This document shows, piece after piece, positions 28,416 through 42,111 of a stretch of 64,000 bases of DNA. Source of the stretch: Octopus sinensis (Eukaryota); the NCBI RefSeq assembly GCF_006345805.1, contig NC_042998.1:129890001-129954000 (forward strand), written 5' to 3'. The notes beneath the pieces are model-generated. The model was given only the letters and a program-made list of their open reading frames with translations, searched no databases and was not told where the DNA came from. The translations under genes were made by a program, and so were the position numbers. How positions within the stretch are numbered: position 1 is the first letter of the stretch; every line of letters begins with the position of its first letter.

Positions 28416-28805
28416 ATTTAGAATTTTTGCCGCAAGGGCAACATGGGGGTGGGGGTTAAATCGACCCAGTGTATAACTGGTACTTATTTAATGCATCGGT
28501 TGATTATAGCTACTCAGTAACAATTTATAGGAGACAAAAATATTAACCGTCTCGTAAATGAATATAGCACACCAGCGCAGAAAATAGTATAAACGCTGAA
28601 ATTACTGTGACAGTAAAAAGGTGTAAAAGAGGTGTGGCTACATCTAGGTAGGTGTATTGGTGATTGTAGATGAATTAAAATTATTTGGGCTTTCCTGAAA
28701 CTTAGGAAAGCTTTTATTTGGCATCTTGTTCGGTGGAATTCCTTTTAAATGATTATAAAATCGTCCACATGCATACAGAATGTGATCAATATTTTGAACA
28801 TAGTA

Positions 28806-29012
28806 GGCGGCGAGCTGGCAGAAACGTTAGCACGACGGGCGAAATTCTTAACGGTGTTTCGTCCGTCTTTAAGTTCTGAGTTCAAATTCCGCCGAGGTCG
28901 ATTTGCCATTCATCCTTGGGGTGGATAAATTAAGTACTAGGTGCGTACTGGTATCGATCTAATCGACTGCCCCCTCCCCCAAAATTCCGATCCTTTGCCT
29001 TGAGTAGAAAAG
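28806..29012 (+). mobile_element. SINE family B, near full length
   Basis: GGCGGCGAGCTGGCAGAAACGTTAGC (A-box-like), GAGTTCAAATTCC (B-box), GCCGAGGTCGA..CATCCTT..AAGTAC central domain. Confidence 0.85.
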
Positions 29013-29394
29013 GATATTTTGACCATAGCTACTGAACTCTATGGTTATTCAGCAGGTTTGTTATTGTCAGAGCGGCGAACGCCTTGAAGAAACATCTACT
29101 CTTAGGGATAGAGATCTGTTTATAATGGACTATTCTCCATTTTTAATATTGTGTTTTACGGAGATGTACTTGCATAGCAAGTGATTTGATCTGAGATCGT
29201 ATGCTGGAACGTAAGCAATTGCAGCGTGGAAGGTGTTTGTAAGCCATTTAAGAAACACACAAAAGCTGTTCGATTCACTTCAACATTTAAGTTTAAGTTT
29301 AAGTTTTAATATTGTGTTTGTTTACACTTTGTCGTTACATGACATATAACTGAACTGTCTTGAGTTAGTAATTATTTTTTTATTAATATTAAAA

Positions 29395-29990
29395 TGAAGA
29401 TGGTGAACTGGCATACTTCTTAGCACTCCGGGCAAGAAGCTTACAGGCATTTCGTCCGTCATTATATTCTGAGTTCAAATTCTGCCGAGGTCGATTTTAC
29501 CTATTATCCTTTTCGGAGTCGCTAAAATAAGTACCAGTTGAAGACTGGGGTGAATGAAATCGATCTCTTCTCTACGAAAAATTTAGCGGCATTTTCTGTC
29601 TTTATATTCTAATTTCAAATTCCACTGAGGTCGACTTTACCTGTCATGCTTTCAGGGTCGATAAATTAAGTACCTATTTATTTACTACCCACAAGGGGCT
29701 AAACAAAGAGAGGACAAACAAGGACGGACAAACGGATTAAGTCGATCATATCGATCCCAGTGCGTAACTGGTACTTATTTAATCGACCCCGAAAGGATGA
29801 AAGGCAAAGTCGACCTCGGCGGAATTTGAACTCAGAACATAGCGACAGATGAAATACTGATGAGCATTTCGCCCGACGTGCTAACGATTCTGCCAGCTCG
29901 CCGCCTTATCGATAAATTAAGTACCATTTGAGTACTAGGGTCGATGTAATCGACTATCCCCTTCCCCCAAATTTCAGGCCTTTGTACCGC
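29395..29990. mobile_element. Nest of SINE family B copies and fragments in both orientations
   Basis: Plus 29395-29560, plus fragment 29580-29680, minus 29682-29906, plus fragment 29908-29990. Confidence 0.8.
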
Positions 29991-30855
29991 TAATAGATTA
30001 TCATTATTATTAGTAGTACTAGTAGTCGTAGTAGTAGTAGTAGTAGTAGTCGTAGTGTTGGAAGTAGTAATAGCAGGAAAAAGAGTGGTAGAATTTATGC
30101 ATTTACTATTTTATTTTATGTTACTCGCCTCACAGAGCAAAGCAAATTCTTTGAAAATAGGTTAAAACTGTAATGCTTGACCTAATTCTTCACAAAATAT
30201 ACATATACCAAACGACAAAATAAAACCGTCTAAAAAAAAGTTTAAATGTGAAAACTATAAAACCGCTTGGTGGAAATGACGAAGATTAATTACTCGTAGA
30301 TGGAAGGGCGGAAGAGTTAGCTATTTCCCACTATTCTTCGAGAATGAAAAAGAAAATTATGATAAAAATCAATGCGGTATCTACATTACTAGGAAAAAAA
30401 ATTAATAACTTTTCAATGAATCGAAATAAAACAAAATGCATCAAACGTAAAAAAAAAATACGAAAATGGAAATAAAAAACGAAAACGAAAAGCCCAATAT
30501 AATACAAACATTATCGAATATTTTTTTCCAAGTTTTGAAAAGATTTCTGTTTCAACTAGCAGGATATAGAATGCTTCTATTATTCTAATTTTATGGAAGC
30601 ATACCATTCAACACATGACATACATATATACATACATATACATTTATGTAAGCACATGTATATATATATATATATATATATAAGCATATACATATATATG
30701 TGTACGTATATGTGTCTCTCTTTCTCACTCTTTATATATATATGTATATATATATACACACATATATATGTGTGTGTGTATGTATAGAGAGTGATATAGA
30801 TATGAATATACACATACAAATATATATATATTATTTTTTGTTTATGTTATAATCC

Positions 30856-31063
30856 TTTCTACTATAGGCACAAGGTCTGATATTTGGTAGAAGGGCTAGT
30901 GGATTACATCAATCCCAGTGCCGACTGGTTCTTAATTTATCGACCCCGAAAGGATGAAAGGCAAAATCAACCTCGGTGGAATTTGAACTCGGAAGGTAAA
31001 GACAGACGAATTGCCGCTAAGCATTTTGCCCGGCATGCTAACTATTCTGCCAGATCGCTGCCT
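30856..31063 (-). mobile_element. SINE family B
   Basis: ATCGACCCCGAAAGGATGAAAGGC..CCTCGGTGGAATTTGAACTC..CTGCCAG. Confidence 0.85.
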
Positions 31064-31419
31064 TAGTTTACATGTTATAAAAAAATGTTTACATTAGATT
31101 GAATGATCACTCAATACATTTGGAAGAGTGTGAATTTAGTATTCTTTAAAAAGAATAGCATTGACTCGACTTCAAAGTCTCGGTCAGCTAAGCCATAATC
31201 GGACGATAATTCATTTAGGTTCATGTTGTTTTTATGTATATATTATCTCCGTTAAGTTAAAAAAATTCCTATGGTAACCTGAGTTCTGTTGAATAGTAAT
31301 TATGCTTGATGTCAGTTTGTGGTGGCCAGATGGTATGGAAGTTTCTTTTTTTTTTTTGATTAAATTTAGAGAAATGATAAATGTTTAAATCTATTCATGC
31401 ATGTAGAGTTTTGCAAATA

Positions 31420-32400
31420 GGTGTGTTCACATAAGAGTGTGATGGTAGCAGATCTGTTACTTCTTTTGGTTGCTGCTTTTATTTAGATATTAATGAGATA
31501 TATACCTGTTGTTTTGAGACTGTGTACGTTGAGAGTCTTAGACTTCAGTCCAGTGTTTTGACCTTTGTATTTAGGTGTATTACTAGGTATGACAACTTTT
31601 AAAGTATTGGTACTTAAAGGTTCACAAAAGACTATAAGTATGCGATAATGTTTACTTAGCTGACAGGGTGGCTTTTCACCCATTTTATTGGAAGAATCTT
31701 GGTTATTACTTGAGCATGTCACAGTGATATTAGTATGAAAAATTTTGTTAATTAACTGTTTTAATGTTCACATGAGTATGTAAGTTGGTTTAAAGTTGAT
31801 AGCAGATTTGTGTCTGTGAGATCATTGTCCTGCTTACTATTTATAAGTTTTAACATGAGTTTAAGGAGGTAAAGTTTGCAGTCTGTTTCATAAGTATATT
31901 TCTTTCACTCCCTTTCAAACATGAATGCTTTTTATAGTGTGATATTTTTCTTTTTTTAAAATGCGCGAGAAATTCTCAACCGGATTATTCCATATCTTCC
32001 TTCCATAAATGTATGTATTTTCTGTAGGTATATGGACTTATTTCAGAAAATTTCCTATGAACGTTTGAAAATTTGGGAATTCATAGATTATTTCTGCATG
32101 ACTTGTTCAGTATAGAATTATAATTTCAGGTTTTATGTATATTATTAATAAGGTAGTAACTGGAGAAGGAAGATACCGGAGATAGACGAATTTTCATATA
32201 TTTTCATATAAAGGTAGTTTCATATTTAACCGATAGAAAAATTATTGGTTTTAAGTTTCTTAGTGTTTTAAAGATTTTGTACTGCCATGAGGAGACTAAC
32301 TGGGACTTTCGGTTTAGAGTTTGGGGACTCGAACGTGCAAATGTTAAAGGTTGTGAGACTGCATTCTTATTCCGTACAGGGCTGCGTTTTCCAGTGTTTT
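31420..32400 (-). mobile_element. Possible highly decayed PLE RT region
   Basis: Only short motif echoes: KQQPKEVTDLL (31478-31446) and IWNNPVENFSRIL (about 31995-31957). Confidence 0.25.
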
Positions 32401-32435
32401 CCAGGCTAATAATAGAAATTTGTCCAGATGCTTAT

Positions 32436-32578
32436 GATTGATTGATTGATTCTAGTTTCAGCTCATGAGCTGTGGCCATGCTGGGGCACCGCCATTTAGA
32501 AAGACGTTCCCATGCCGGGAATCGAACCCGGGACGCCTGGGTGAAAGCCAGGAATCCTAACCACTAGACTTATGTTGA
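32436..32578 (-). mobile_element. Short tRNA-Glu-headed SINE-like element with (AATC)n tail
   Basis: tRNA-Glu-like head followed by GCGGTGCCCCAGCATGGCCACAG..GAAACTAG(AATC)n. Confidence 0.7.
32507..32578 (-). pseudogene. tRNA-Glu(TTC)-derived sequence with broken acceptor stem
   Basis: GTCTAGTGGTTAGGATTCCTGGCTTTCACCCAGGCGTCCCGGGTTCGATTCCCGGCATGGGAA; anticodon TTC at 32545-32543; 5' TCAACAT cannot pair with 3' CATGGGA. Confidence 0.85.
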
Positions 32579-32688
32579 AAGAAGATTCTAAAATCTAGAA
32601 TTTAGTAAGTCAATAGCATTTTTAGATCTAAAAAGGATATGAGATAATTCCGCGATACAAAGCCTACTTCCCCTTGGAGCAGTAACGG

Positions 32689-32723
<35 letters not shown>

Positions 32724-35300
32724 TATATTTGTATGCATTAATGTGTGTGTGTGTATATATATAAATTCCTACTGTATAATATAAACAAAGTATACCTCAA
32801 AATGTGTATCTATTCGACGGCTTTATAATTCTAGAGAAGTGTTGATTCTTAGAACAACACCGTTCACAATTAGAGTCGGTGTAGTTGGAGCTATATTTTA
32901 ATTCTTGTCTGTTTTAGCTACAACCAAACATCGTAGTAAAATTCCTTACAAAAACGAAGCATATATCAATATTAATCATTAAAATTTTCTAAAGACATCA
33001 TATGAAATCAGATCTATACATTATTGCTGAAACATAATTCTTATGAAAGCAAGAAAATAGCTCAAGGTTAAAAGTGTTATTAGAGAAACGAAAGGGTCTA
33101 GGCAAAATTTAATCACCTCTAATATTAATAATTATAAAGGTCTTACGCTTAAATATAGTTATATCAGCAATGTAATTTGTCGGAGGTTATGTACATAGTT
33201 TTACTCTGTGACATAGCAGCGTCTTTCAAATCATAAATTTTCTTCCACATGATTTTTGTATTGGGTGTGTAATACAGTAAATACAGCAACGTACATGAGT
33301 AAAATTAATGCGGTGACAGCCACTAGAAGAGTGATTCACGAGAGGGAAATATAATAGAATAGATTTCTATTTATTTTCATATGTATGTACAATATATTTA
33401 AGACGTGTGTATGTACGCACCCATAACACACAGACGCATATCTATAAACACACGCATACAGTGACATATTTACATGTACACATATGCCTTTATAAGAATA
33501 TCTCTACAATGTACATACAGACACGCAAATGCATGCTCGCACACACACACACATACACTCATACACACAGGAATAACTCACATTCATACGCACGCATACA
33601 CACACACATTGAAAAGTTTTATTTCCCATCTATTGTCGATCGACCGCCTGAGGTGCCAACACTTCTTTCAACATTTGGAATGAAAAATAAATTAAAAATA
33701 TAAATTTTTTAGGTGATTTTAAGGGAACCTAATTAAACAGGAATTTTCAAAGCGAATTTTGCTTTTTAAAACATTATTTAACATTCCATTAACAACTCAG
33801 CTCTTACAAACATAGACACATAAATACACGCATTAACGCCTACGTATATTTTAGGATGACTTCTTCGACATGTAAATATATTAACACACATGAAACACAA
33901 TGACATGCACCACTATACTTTGAAGAATGGTTCGGCTTGAAACGTTGGATGTAAGCTTAAGTGGCCTTACTGCGTTCTTACATATTAATAGAAAAATATG
34001 TGGAATTATGCATTCTATATACATAAATACATACGTACGCACGTACATACGTACATACACATACATACATACATACATACATAAGCATGTGTGTACGTAT
34101 ATACGCATATATATTGATATGAATATATGCACATAAATACAAACACGAACACTCATACTCACAGACATGCACACGTTCGCGCATACGTTGGCATATACCT
34201 ATAATGCATCGGCAAAAAATATATGCACTGGCTAAACAGATACACCTATTTCATTTCTCAGTGTGCTGGTAAGATAGTTCAGAATTATGGGACATACTTG
34301 GGCCGTATGCTCTAAATCTGATTAAAGTTAAATTTTCTAATCCTAGCAGTGATTCTCATCCAGACTATAGATTACCTATTGCACACTAATGTATAAGCCA
34401 TGATGCCAATGCATTAAATAACTTCCGGAAAACCTTATGGTTGCTTTTAATATTTTAGGGCGTAAAAGTACGGTAGTTACTAATGTAATTACAGTTGACT
34501 TCTCAGACGCGTCTATAGCCCAGAAATCGAAAATTTGCAAAAACTTAAAAAAAATATAAAGAGAAACGCAACTAGCTAAATATGCAGTTTCATTCGTATA
34601 TTTGAAAATCTTATAGCAAGTATTAGTACGAGTATATCTAACCGCATGGCGTTTGAAGAAGCTTTCAATAAAAAGCTTTACGACCACAGGGCCGAACTAC
34701 TGGGAGGTTTGAAAGATAAAAATCTCATACGTCCTCAACGACTCAAATGCACAATACACGCATTGAAAGACAATATGATTTGTTCTTCACCATTTGGAAA
34801 AATGCCTTGACTTTGCTAAACACGTTCCTAAAAATCATTCATAAAGAAATATCTTCAATGGGCGTCTTGTGAAGATAAGCAACAGTTTCTTAGATAATAA
34901 TATCAAGCCAGGTTATCAAATATATAATTCTAGATTGCCCATGCGTAAGTACACATCAAACATATAAAAACTCGGGGATATACTAAGGCAGAATTTATTT
35001 TCAAAAGCTTCAAATTAAACACTCGTTAAGAAAATAAATGTTTGGACATGTAAATATGAATTTGAAAAATATTTTCTAATTATGAGTCATTCTTCAAATT
35101 TAACGCGGCATCAAAAATATGAAAATAGCAAATTCACTAGTGCAAAGCCCTACATTCATCAGGAGTGACGGAATTTGCTTTTTTAAAGACGTAGATTTCG
35201 TTATAATTAACAGTGAATTGTGATGTAGAATAATAATTTTCTTTTATTCTTTTTGACTAATATTAATCTTAGAAGGTATTTCACTAAAAGTGGCTGTGTA

Positions 35301-35459
35301 GGCACAGGTGAGGCTGTGTTAAGAAGTTTGCTTCACAACAACATGGTCCCAGGTTATTCCCACTGCGTGGCAACTTGTGCGAGCGTCTTCTACTATATCC
35401 TCGAGCCGACCAAATCCTTCTGAGTGGATTTGGTAGAAGGAAACTGAAAGAAGCTTGTC

Positions 35460-35460
<1 letters not shown>
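35301..35460 (+). mobile_element. SINE family A 5' half
   Basis: Homologous to the 21840 head and body up to GGAAACTGAAAGAAGC-(TA)n. Confidence 0.8.
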
Positions 35461-35493
<33 letters not shown>

Positions 35494-35803
35494 GTATTTT
35501 TGCACAGTTTCCAATGTACCAATTTCGCTACCTGATCGTACTGCCACACCGTGTACTGCGGGCCTTCTTTCAGTTACTATCAACCAGATCTAATCACAAC
35601 GCTTTGGTCAGCCCTGCGATGTAATAGAAGAAAGTAAGGAGGCGAGTTGGTAGAATCGTTAGCCCGCTGGACGAAATGGTTAGCGGTATTTCGTTTCTGG
35701 GACAATAAATTAACTGCCAGTGAAACTCTGCGGTCGATGTAATCCACTACTCTTCTCCCACAGAATTTTAGAAATGATTATTATTTCATCATCATCATCA
35801 TCA

Positions 35804-35845
<42 letters not shown>

Positions 35846-35893
35846 TATTATTATTATTATTATATTATTATATTATTATTATTATTATTATTA

Positions 35894-35942
<49 letters not shown>

Positions 35943-36110
35943 ATTGTTGTCCCTAATGCTGGAGATGTACTACGGTGTCAGCTGTTATGTACCAGTGAAC
36001 TAAGGTAACACTCCTCAGTTTTCGAGCACCATTCGGAGTATTCGAGCGGTTCTAAGCAGTACTGTTTTCTGCAAGTGCTCCACCCATATTGCAGTTCCTA
36101 CTTGTTCCAT
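35943..36110 (-). mobile_element. R4/Dong-like 3' end (duplicated at 36925-37092; 3' UTR homologue at 17905-17985)
   Basis: 36110-36015 translates MEQVGTAIWVEHLQKTVLLRTARILRMVLEN*; followed by 3' UTR and (AAT)n. Confidence 0.72.
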
Positions 36111-36117
36111 CAGTGCA

Positions 36118-36655
36118 ACCCATCAAAGTGACATTGGGGCACATGTATACGAACCATATCATACCCATCATGACTACCCCGCTGATAAGAGTAGACCAGG
36201 CACATGCATCACAACCACGTGTGTGCGACATGGTGATCTTATTTTAAGATAAACAAGTATGACCTTTCAAGTGGGGTTTAGTTAGAATTTTTTTGAGGTT
36301 AACTAGCCCATCCCGCTCAAAAGGTCCCTGAATAAGGATTGTTTACGGCAGCTGAAAGAATCACCCATGTTTACAGTGGTGAATTATTCAAACCCCAAAG
36401 AATTCCTCTCAATGCATGGCTAAGATGCTCCCCCACTACTTCTGCTCGTGATGCGAGATGCACCTATCGTCAGCCACTGAGGGACACACTGAACTGGTTA
36501 AGGTCAAACAACTAACAAGTAAATCTGTGGTATTGAACAGAATATTTGCTGCAGCCCATCTTTTATACCAAGGCAAAACAATTTACATGATAACACTTCG
36601 ATCAGTGAAGATGAGAAGCCATGAGAGCCACTGCCTTGTATTGCATCAGGGCATC
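36118..36655 (-). mobile_element. ~550-bp dispersed repeat copy (duplicated at 37100-37637)
   Basis: Colinear with 19504-20049. Confidence 0.8.
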
Positions 36656-36714
36656 GTCGTCGTCGTCATCATCATCATCATCATCATCGTCATCATCATC
36701 ATCATTATCATCAC

Positions 36715-36786
<72 letters not shown>

Positions 36787-36805
36787 TATTATTATTATTA
36801 TTATA

Positions 36806-36842
<37 letters not shown>

Positions 36843-36878
36843 TATTATTATTATTATTATTATTTTATTATTATTATA

Positions 36879-36924
<46 letters not shown>

Positions 36925-37696
36925 ATTGTTGTCCCTAATGCTGGAGATGTACTACGGTGTCAGCTGTTATGTACCAGTGAACTAAGGTAACACTCCTCAG
37001 TTTTCGAGCACCATTCGGAGTATTCGAGCGGTTCTAAGCAGTACTGTTTTCTGCAAGTGCTCCACCCATATTGCAGTTCCTACTTGTTCCATCAGTGCAA
37101 CCCATCAAAGTGACATTGGGGCACATGTATACGAACCATATCATACCCATCATGACTACCCCGCTGATAAGAGTAGACCAGGCACATGCATCACAACCAC
37201 GTGTGTGCGACATGGTGATCTTATTTTAAGATAAACAAGTATGACCTTTCAAGTGGGGTTTAGTTAGAATTTTTTTGAGGTTAACTAGCCCATCCCGCTC
37301 AAAAGGTCCCTGAATAAGGATTGTTTACGGCAGCTGAAAGAATCACCCATGTTTACAGTGGTGAATTATTCAAACCCCAAAGAATTCCTCTCAATGCATG
37401 GCTAAGATGCTCCCCCACTACTTCTGCTCGTGATGCGAGATGCACCTATCGTCAGCCACTGAGGGACACACTGAACTGGTTAAGGTCAAACAACTAACAA
37501 GTAAATCTGTGGTATTGAACAGAATATTTGCTGCAGCCCATCTTTTATACCAAGGCAAAACAATTTACATGATAACACTTCGATCAGTGAAGATGAGAAG
37601 CCATGAGAGCCACTGCCTTGTATTGCATCAGGGCATCGTCGTCGTCGTCATCATCATCATCATCATCATCGTCATCATCATCATCATTATCATCAC

Positions 37697-37744
<48 letters not shown>

Positions 37745-37757
37745 ATCATCATCATCA

Positions 37758-37807
<50 letters not shown>

Positions 37808-39554
37808 TTATCACCCATACTGTTATATTGATGCTGTTGATGTTTGTTTTGTTGTTGTTGCCATTCCTATTATTACTTTTATTGCTCTTATAATTATTAT
37901 TATCATCACAAAGCATACTGGCCATTCCGCTTCATATTTTGCGTAATAGTGTTAATAATAATGGGAAAAGAATTGTGATAAATGGAAGCCCATATCCTCA
38001 AAATATTCTGCGGGAAAATTGGAAACTGAACTTAGACACATTAGTAAGTCATTATTATGGAAACATGAATTTTGTGATAAGACAAATAATTTCTTATCAC
38101 AAGGCTTGTAAAGAGGCCTTCAAGAACTGTAGCTAAAAATATTGCCAAGTATTTCTAATTGACACAGAACAACTGTAAGATTTTGCGAGAAACTTATTAA
38201 ATATATAATGTCAGTTCTACATTAGATATTAACTGGATAGGATTTGGCTGAAAGCTGATCTAATCCAAGGTGAGGGGAAATAGAAAATGACGAGATTATC
38301 CCAGAATGTTAAATCTATGTTCAGTAACAATGATAAGGCCGTCGACTTTTAACATAATGGTTTCTTACACAAGAGATATAGCTATATATATATATATTTA
38401 AATGCTTATTAATGACGCCAAAAGACCAAGAATACATAACACAGGTGTTTAGCTTCAAATCAGAATCATTAACGTGATTGATATTTTATGAATATATTAC
38501 CCAATCACTAATAACATTTCACGAAGTCTTCTAATCCTTTATAACAAGCTGAACGGTAAAAGGTGATCAACAGAATAGGGTGTTGAGATCAGAATCAACA
38601 CGAAATGAAGTCCTGCAGCAGATATAATACTAATCAACATTGAACTTGCTACGCCAATACGTTATTAATTTGGGTCAGTTTTCTCGCAACTAGTTTTCCA
38701 ATAAGTAATGTAGAAACTATGACTCTTGCATACAGTAATTTGTTTTACATTGCAATAATCTAAACATTTCGGTTAATACTGAGAAAATGAATGAAAATAA
38801 ATGTGTAAAATCGAGAGGAAAGCATTCCTTTATGGTGTGGGAGATAGAACTAGGGACTGGTTTTAGGTGTACTGTAGGAATAATAGTTCATATTTTGACA
38901 TAAATTCTTGAACCTGCACTTCTCAGTTCGTCTTACCAATATATTTCCGGGAAATTTATACGTTTCAAAGTTGTGCTTTTACGACTTCGACATGAACGGC
39001 AGGCACAAAACACAATGCCTAATTTCTAAGATTATAAGTCAGAATCCTAATGTCTCATGCTAAATTGCGTCTACTACAACTACTCTTTTATCTCTATAAT
39101 CTCTAATCGGGAAACTCTGTTTTAGAATATGTGCATCCACCCTCAGACCAACTTATTCTAAAATATTTACAATATAATTTATTCAGTCATGATCGAATGC
39201 TTATATGGGTATCAAATATCTGGACGTTGACATGAAACTAGTGCAATTTAGCATGTGTCTTTCACATTACTGAATGTTCATTATTTTGTGTATGCGTAAA
39301 TGTTTCGTGGTTTTAATTAATTTGTTATTGTTCCTTCGATCAGTCCTATATATCAGTGCTGTGCTGAGGGGTCTTTCTGCTGACGTAGTCCTGTCTTTAT
39401 TTTAGGCATAGTGTATCTATGAATACTTTGTTCAATGAATCGTTCCTCTTTTACGATAAGAGGTTCTTATATAATGCCTGCCATTTATGGAAGGTTAAAT
39501 GTCGACAGAAAAGTTTCATCGTTGGTTCGTTCTACTTCTTACAGCTTATGCAAA

Positions 39555-40013
39555 CATACATATAAACCAACATACATCTATTACATATGTGGAAAATCGG
39601 TGTGTCTTTGTTTGTGGCGTTGTTAGCCAACTGCTCCTACATCGTTTTATTGATTTTGATGAAACTTGACACGTGAGTAGAACTCATGTCTGGAAACCTC
39701 GTGACATACTTAAATTGTTGAAAAATCGACAATACGCCCCTGGATGAGACATTTATATCTACCTCATAGAACTAATTTCTTTTAAAACCCAAGGGAAATA
39801 ACGCATAGCACCTGTACAATATATATTAAACACTCAAGGGAAATAACCCATTGCATTATTTATGTTCGATTAGTTTGGAAATAGATTCTTTTTGTGTGTC
39901 CTATTTCTAATTTTTACAGACAATATCACTTTTATACTTTATTTGACACATGAGTAGAACTCAAGTCTGGAAACCTCGTTACATACGTAGATTGTCGAAA
40001 GAAATCGATAATA
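39555..40013 (+). mobile_element. Possible non-autonomous Helitron-like element with internal 70-bp direct repeat
   Basis: Starts ATCTAT..GTGTGTCTTTGTTTGT..GATTTTGATGAAACTTG; 39666-39734 is repeated imperfectly at 39943-40013. Confidence 0.35.
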
Positions 40014-40904
40014 GAGCCATTCCAATGGATCCTTCTATCTTCTAGCTCTGAAAGACCAAATGCTCAGCCTTAAAAGGCATCTACTTTCAACATTAGAAGG
40101 AGTATATTCAAGAAACAATTTGTTACATATTTACTATTTTATATCTTTCTATACAAGAATGACAATTTTAGAAGTCAATATTTTGTAAAACGGAATCTAT
40201 CAGAGAAGCATAATTACTATTTTTATCATGATGTGTATTAACTATTTAAAATAAAAGTAAGAGGAGAATTGACGGGGAAAATTTACTTTAAAGATTTAAA
40301 GCAGACTTTATTTGAAAGAATTTAAACTTTTACACGATTGCTATGGTATATCAAAACCCCAAATGCATGCGTGTAAAAATGATAGGACCGAAAACACGAA
40401 CGAAAACTGAATTATTTTACTTATCGAAAGCTTCGTATTTTGTTTCTTTATTGATTATTTTTGCTAATTTCTTCCCATAGAAATGATAAGCTTACTAATT
40501 GGTTAACATAATGAATTTTATAGACTAGTGCATTTGATTAGTTTCCTCGTTTTTTGGTCATATCCTTAATGATACTGTACTTTCAATCGTTTGATATGCT
40601 TACGTCTGTATTTAAAAAAAATCAATATAAAACAAAAAAGAAAAGTGTTCAATAGTAATTATTCAATAGTAAGGTACAATAAAGAACGAAATTATTAAAT
40701 GAACGATGACAATATCTGCAACATGAACGTTTGGACAAAGTTTCTTGTGCGACCCTAAATATTTGGAATTATTTTTATTATTTCCAACAAGTTGTTATAC
40801 GCTGAAGTATTTTGAGTATAACATATTTGTTTACAAATATTTGTCCATTTACAAAAAGAAATAGCACAACCGATGTATTCCTGCAGCTTTAGCTGGTTAA
40901 TCAG

Positions 40905-40999
<95 letters not shown>

Positions 41000-41070
41000 G
41001 TCTATCTATCTATTTCTCTCTCTATCTATCTATATATCTATCAATCAATCAATTTATCTACCTAATTCTC
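40905..41070. repeat. (TATC)n tract
   Basis: Directly visible. Confidence 0.97.
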
Positions 41071-42079
41071 TATCTATCTCACTTGAAAAGGAAGGTGAGA
41101 ATGGAGAGGCAGGTTTTGTCTCGTGAAAGTTTCGAAAAAAGGTGGGTGAATGTAGCAAAGATGGTGCGTGCGAGTGACGAAACCACTTTGAGCGTGATCC
41201 TGTAAATCGTAAGAGAGAGAGAGAGAGAGAGAGTGAGAGAGAGAGAGAGAGAGAGCACTTTGCTCTCATGTGTTTGTTTCCTCCCTACCTGAGATTACCG
41301 TGGTCTTTTCTGTGAGCTTTTCTTTCCACAGATGAAACTAATCTTGTTTCTTACTGTAAAAAAAATTATTATTTCTGAGATACACGATCCCTTTTGATCG
41401 GAATTTTTACATTTGTTTCCATTATTTTCCTTTTCCTTTTTCCATCTTCGAAAAGAAAAGCTCTACATTTGTATTTGTCCCCTTTGTGTTCAGCCCTGTG
41501 TGGCCAATAAATAAAGTTATTTATTTATCTATCTATTTAAATATTTCGTTTAGCCATAGCGATACTAATAGCCGGGTGTTAGAATCACTACACATATTCT
41601 TCAAATGAAAGCGTTGGTCACGAAAAGAGTGTAAGAGGGGATACTATAAATAACACGGAAACAAGAAATGGTGTAATGAATTTCATTAGCACACGGCTAT
41701 TTCTGCAATAAGATGCAATGCTCCAATAGCCGAATGCTTATAACGTCGTCGAAGCTTCAAAAATCCATCTCCTCTCTTTCTATATCTACCTAACTTTCTA
41801 ACTATCTCTATATCTATCAAAGTATAAGGTATATAATAACGATTCACATAGTCACACAGACATACACACACATGCGCGCGCGCACACACTTATACACACG
41901 AAAATGAAACACTTATATGGCAAGATGACCTTTCCTAACATGAATCTGTCGATGATCGTGAGTTCAGTGCACAGGCGTGCCAACACGTGTGTATATCTCT
42001 ATACGTGTATATAATTGTACGCCAATTTATGTACGAAAAAAGTTATGTGAGTATGTGTATTTTAATATGCATGTAAATG

Positions 42080-42111
<32 letters not shown>

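Larger units (their letters stand above)
35941..37637. repeat. Tandem duplication, period 982 bp
   Basis: 35941-36655 equals 36923-37637 by eye; ORFs at 36458 and 37440 share about 100 identical codons. Confidence 0.92.

Noticed and set aside
32507-32578. Functional tRNA-Glu gene
   Set aside because: Acceptor stem has five of seven pairs broken, and it is fused to a retroposon tail
33914-33950. Hammerhead-like TTGAAGA..GAAACGTTGG
   Set aside because: Stem II does not pair and stem I has only 2 bp
34646-34810. 54-codon ORF MAFEEAFNKKLYDHRAELL..
   Set aside because: Too short and no recognisable motif; could be a transposon fossil but unsupported without a search
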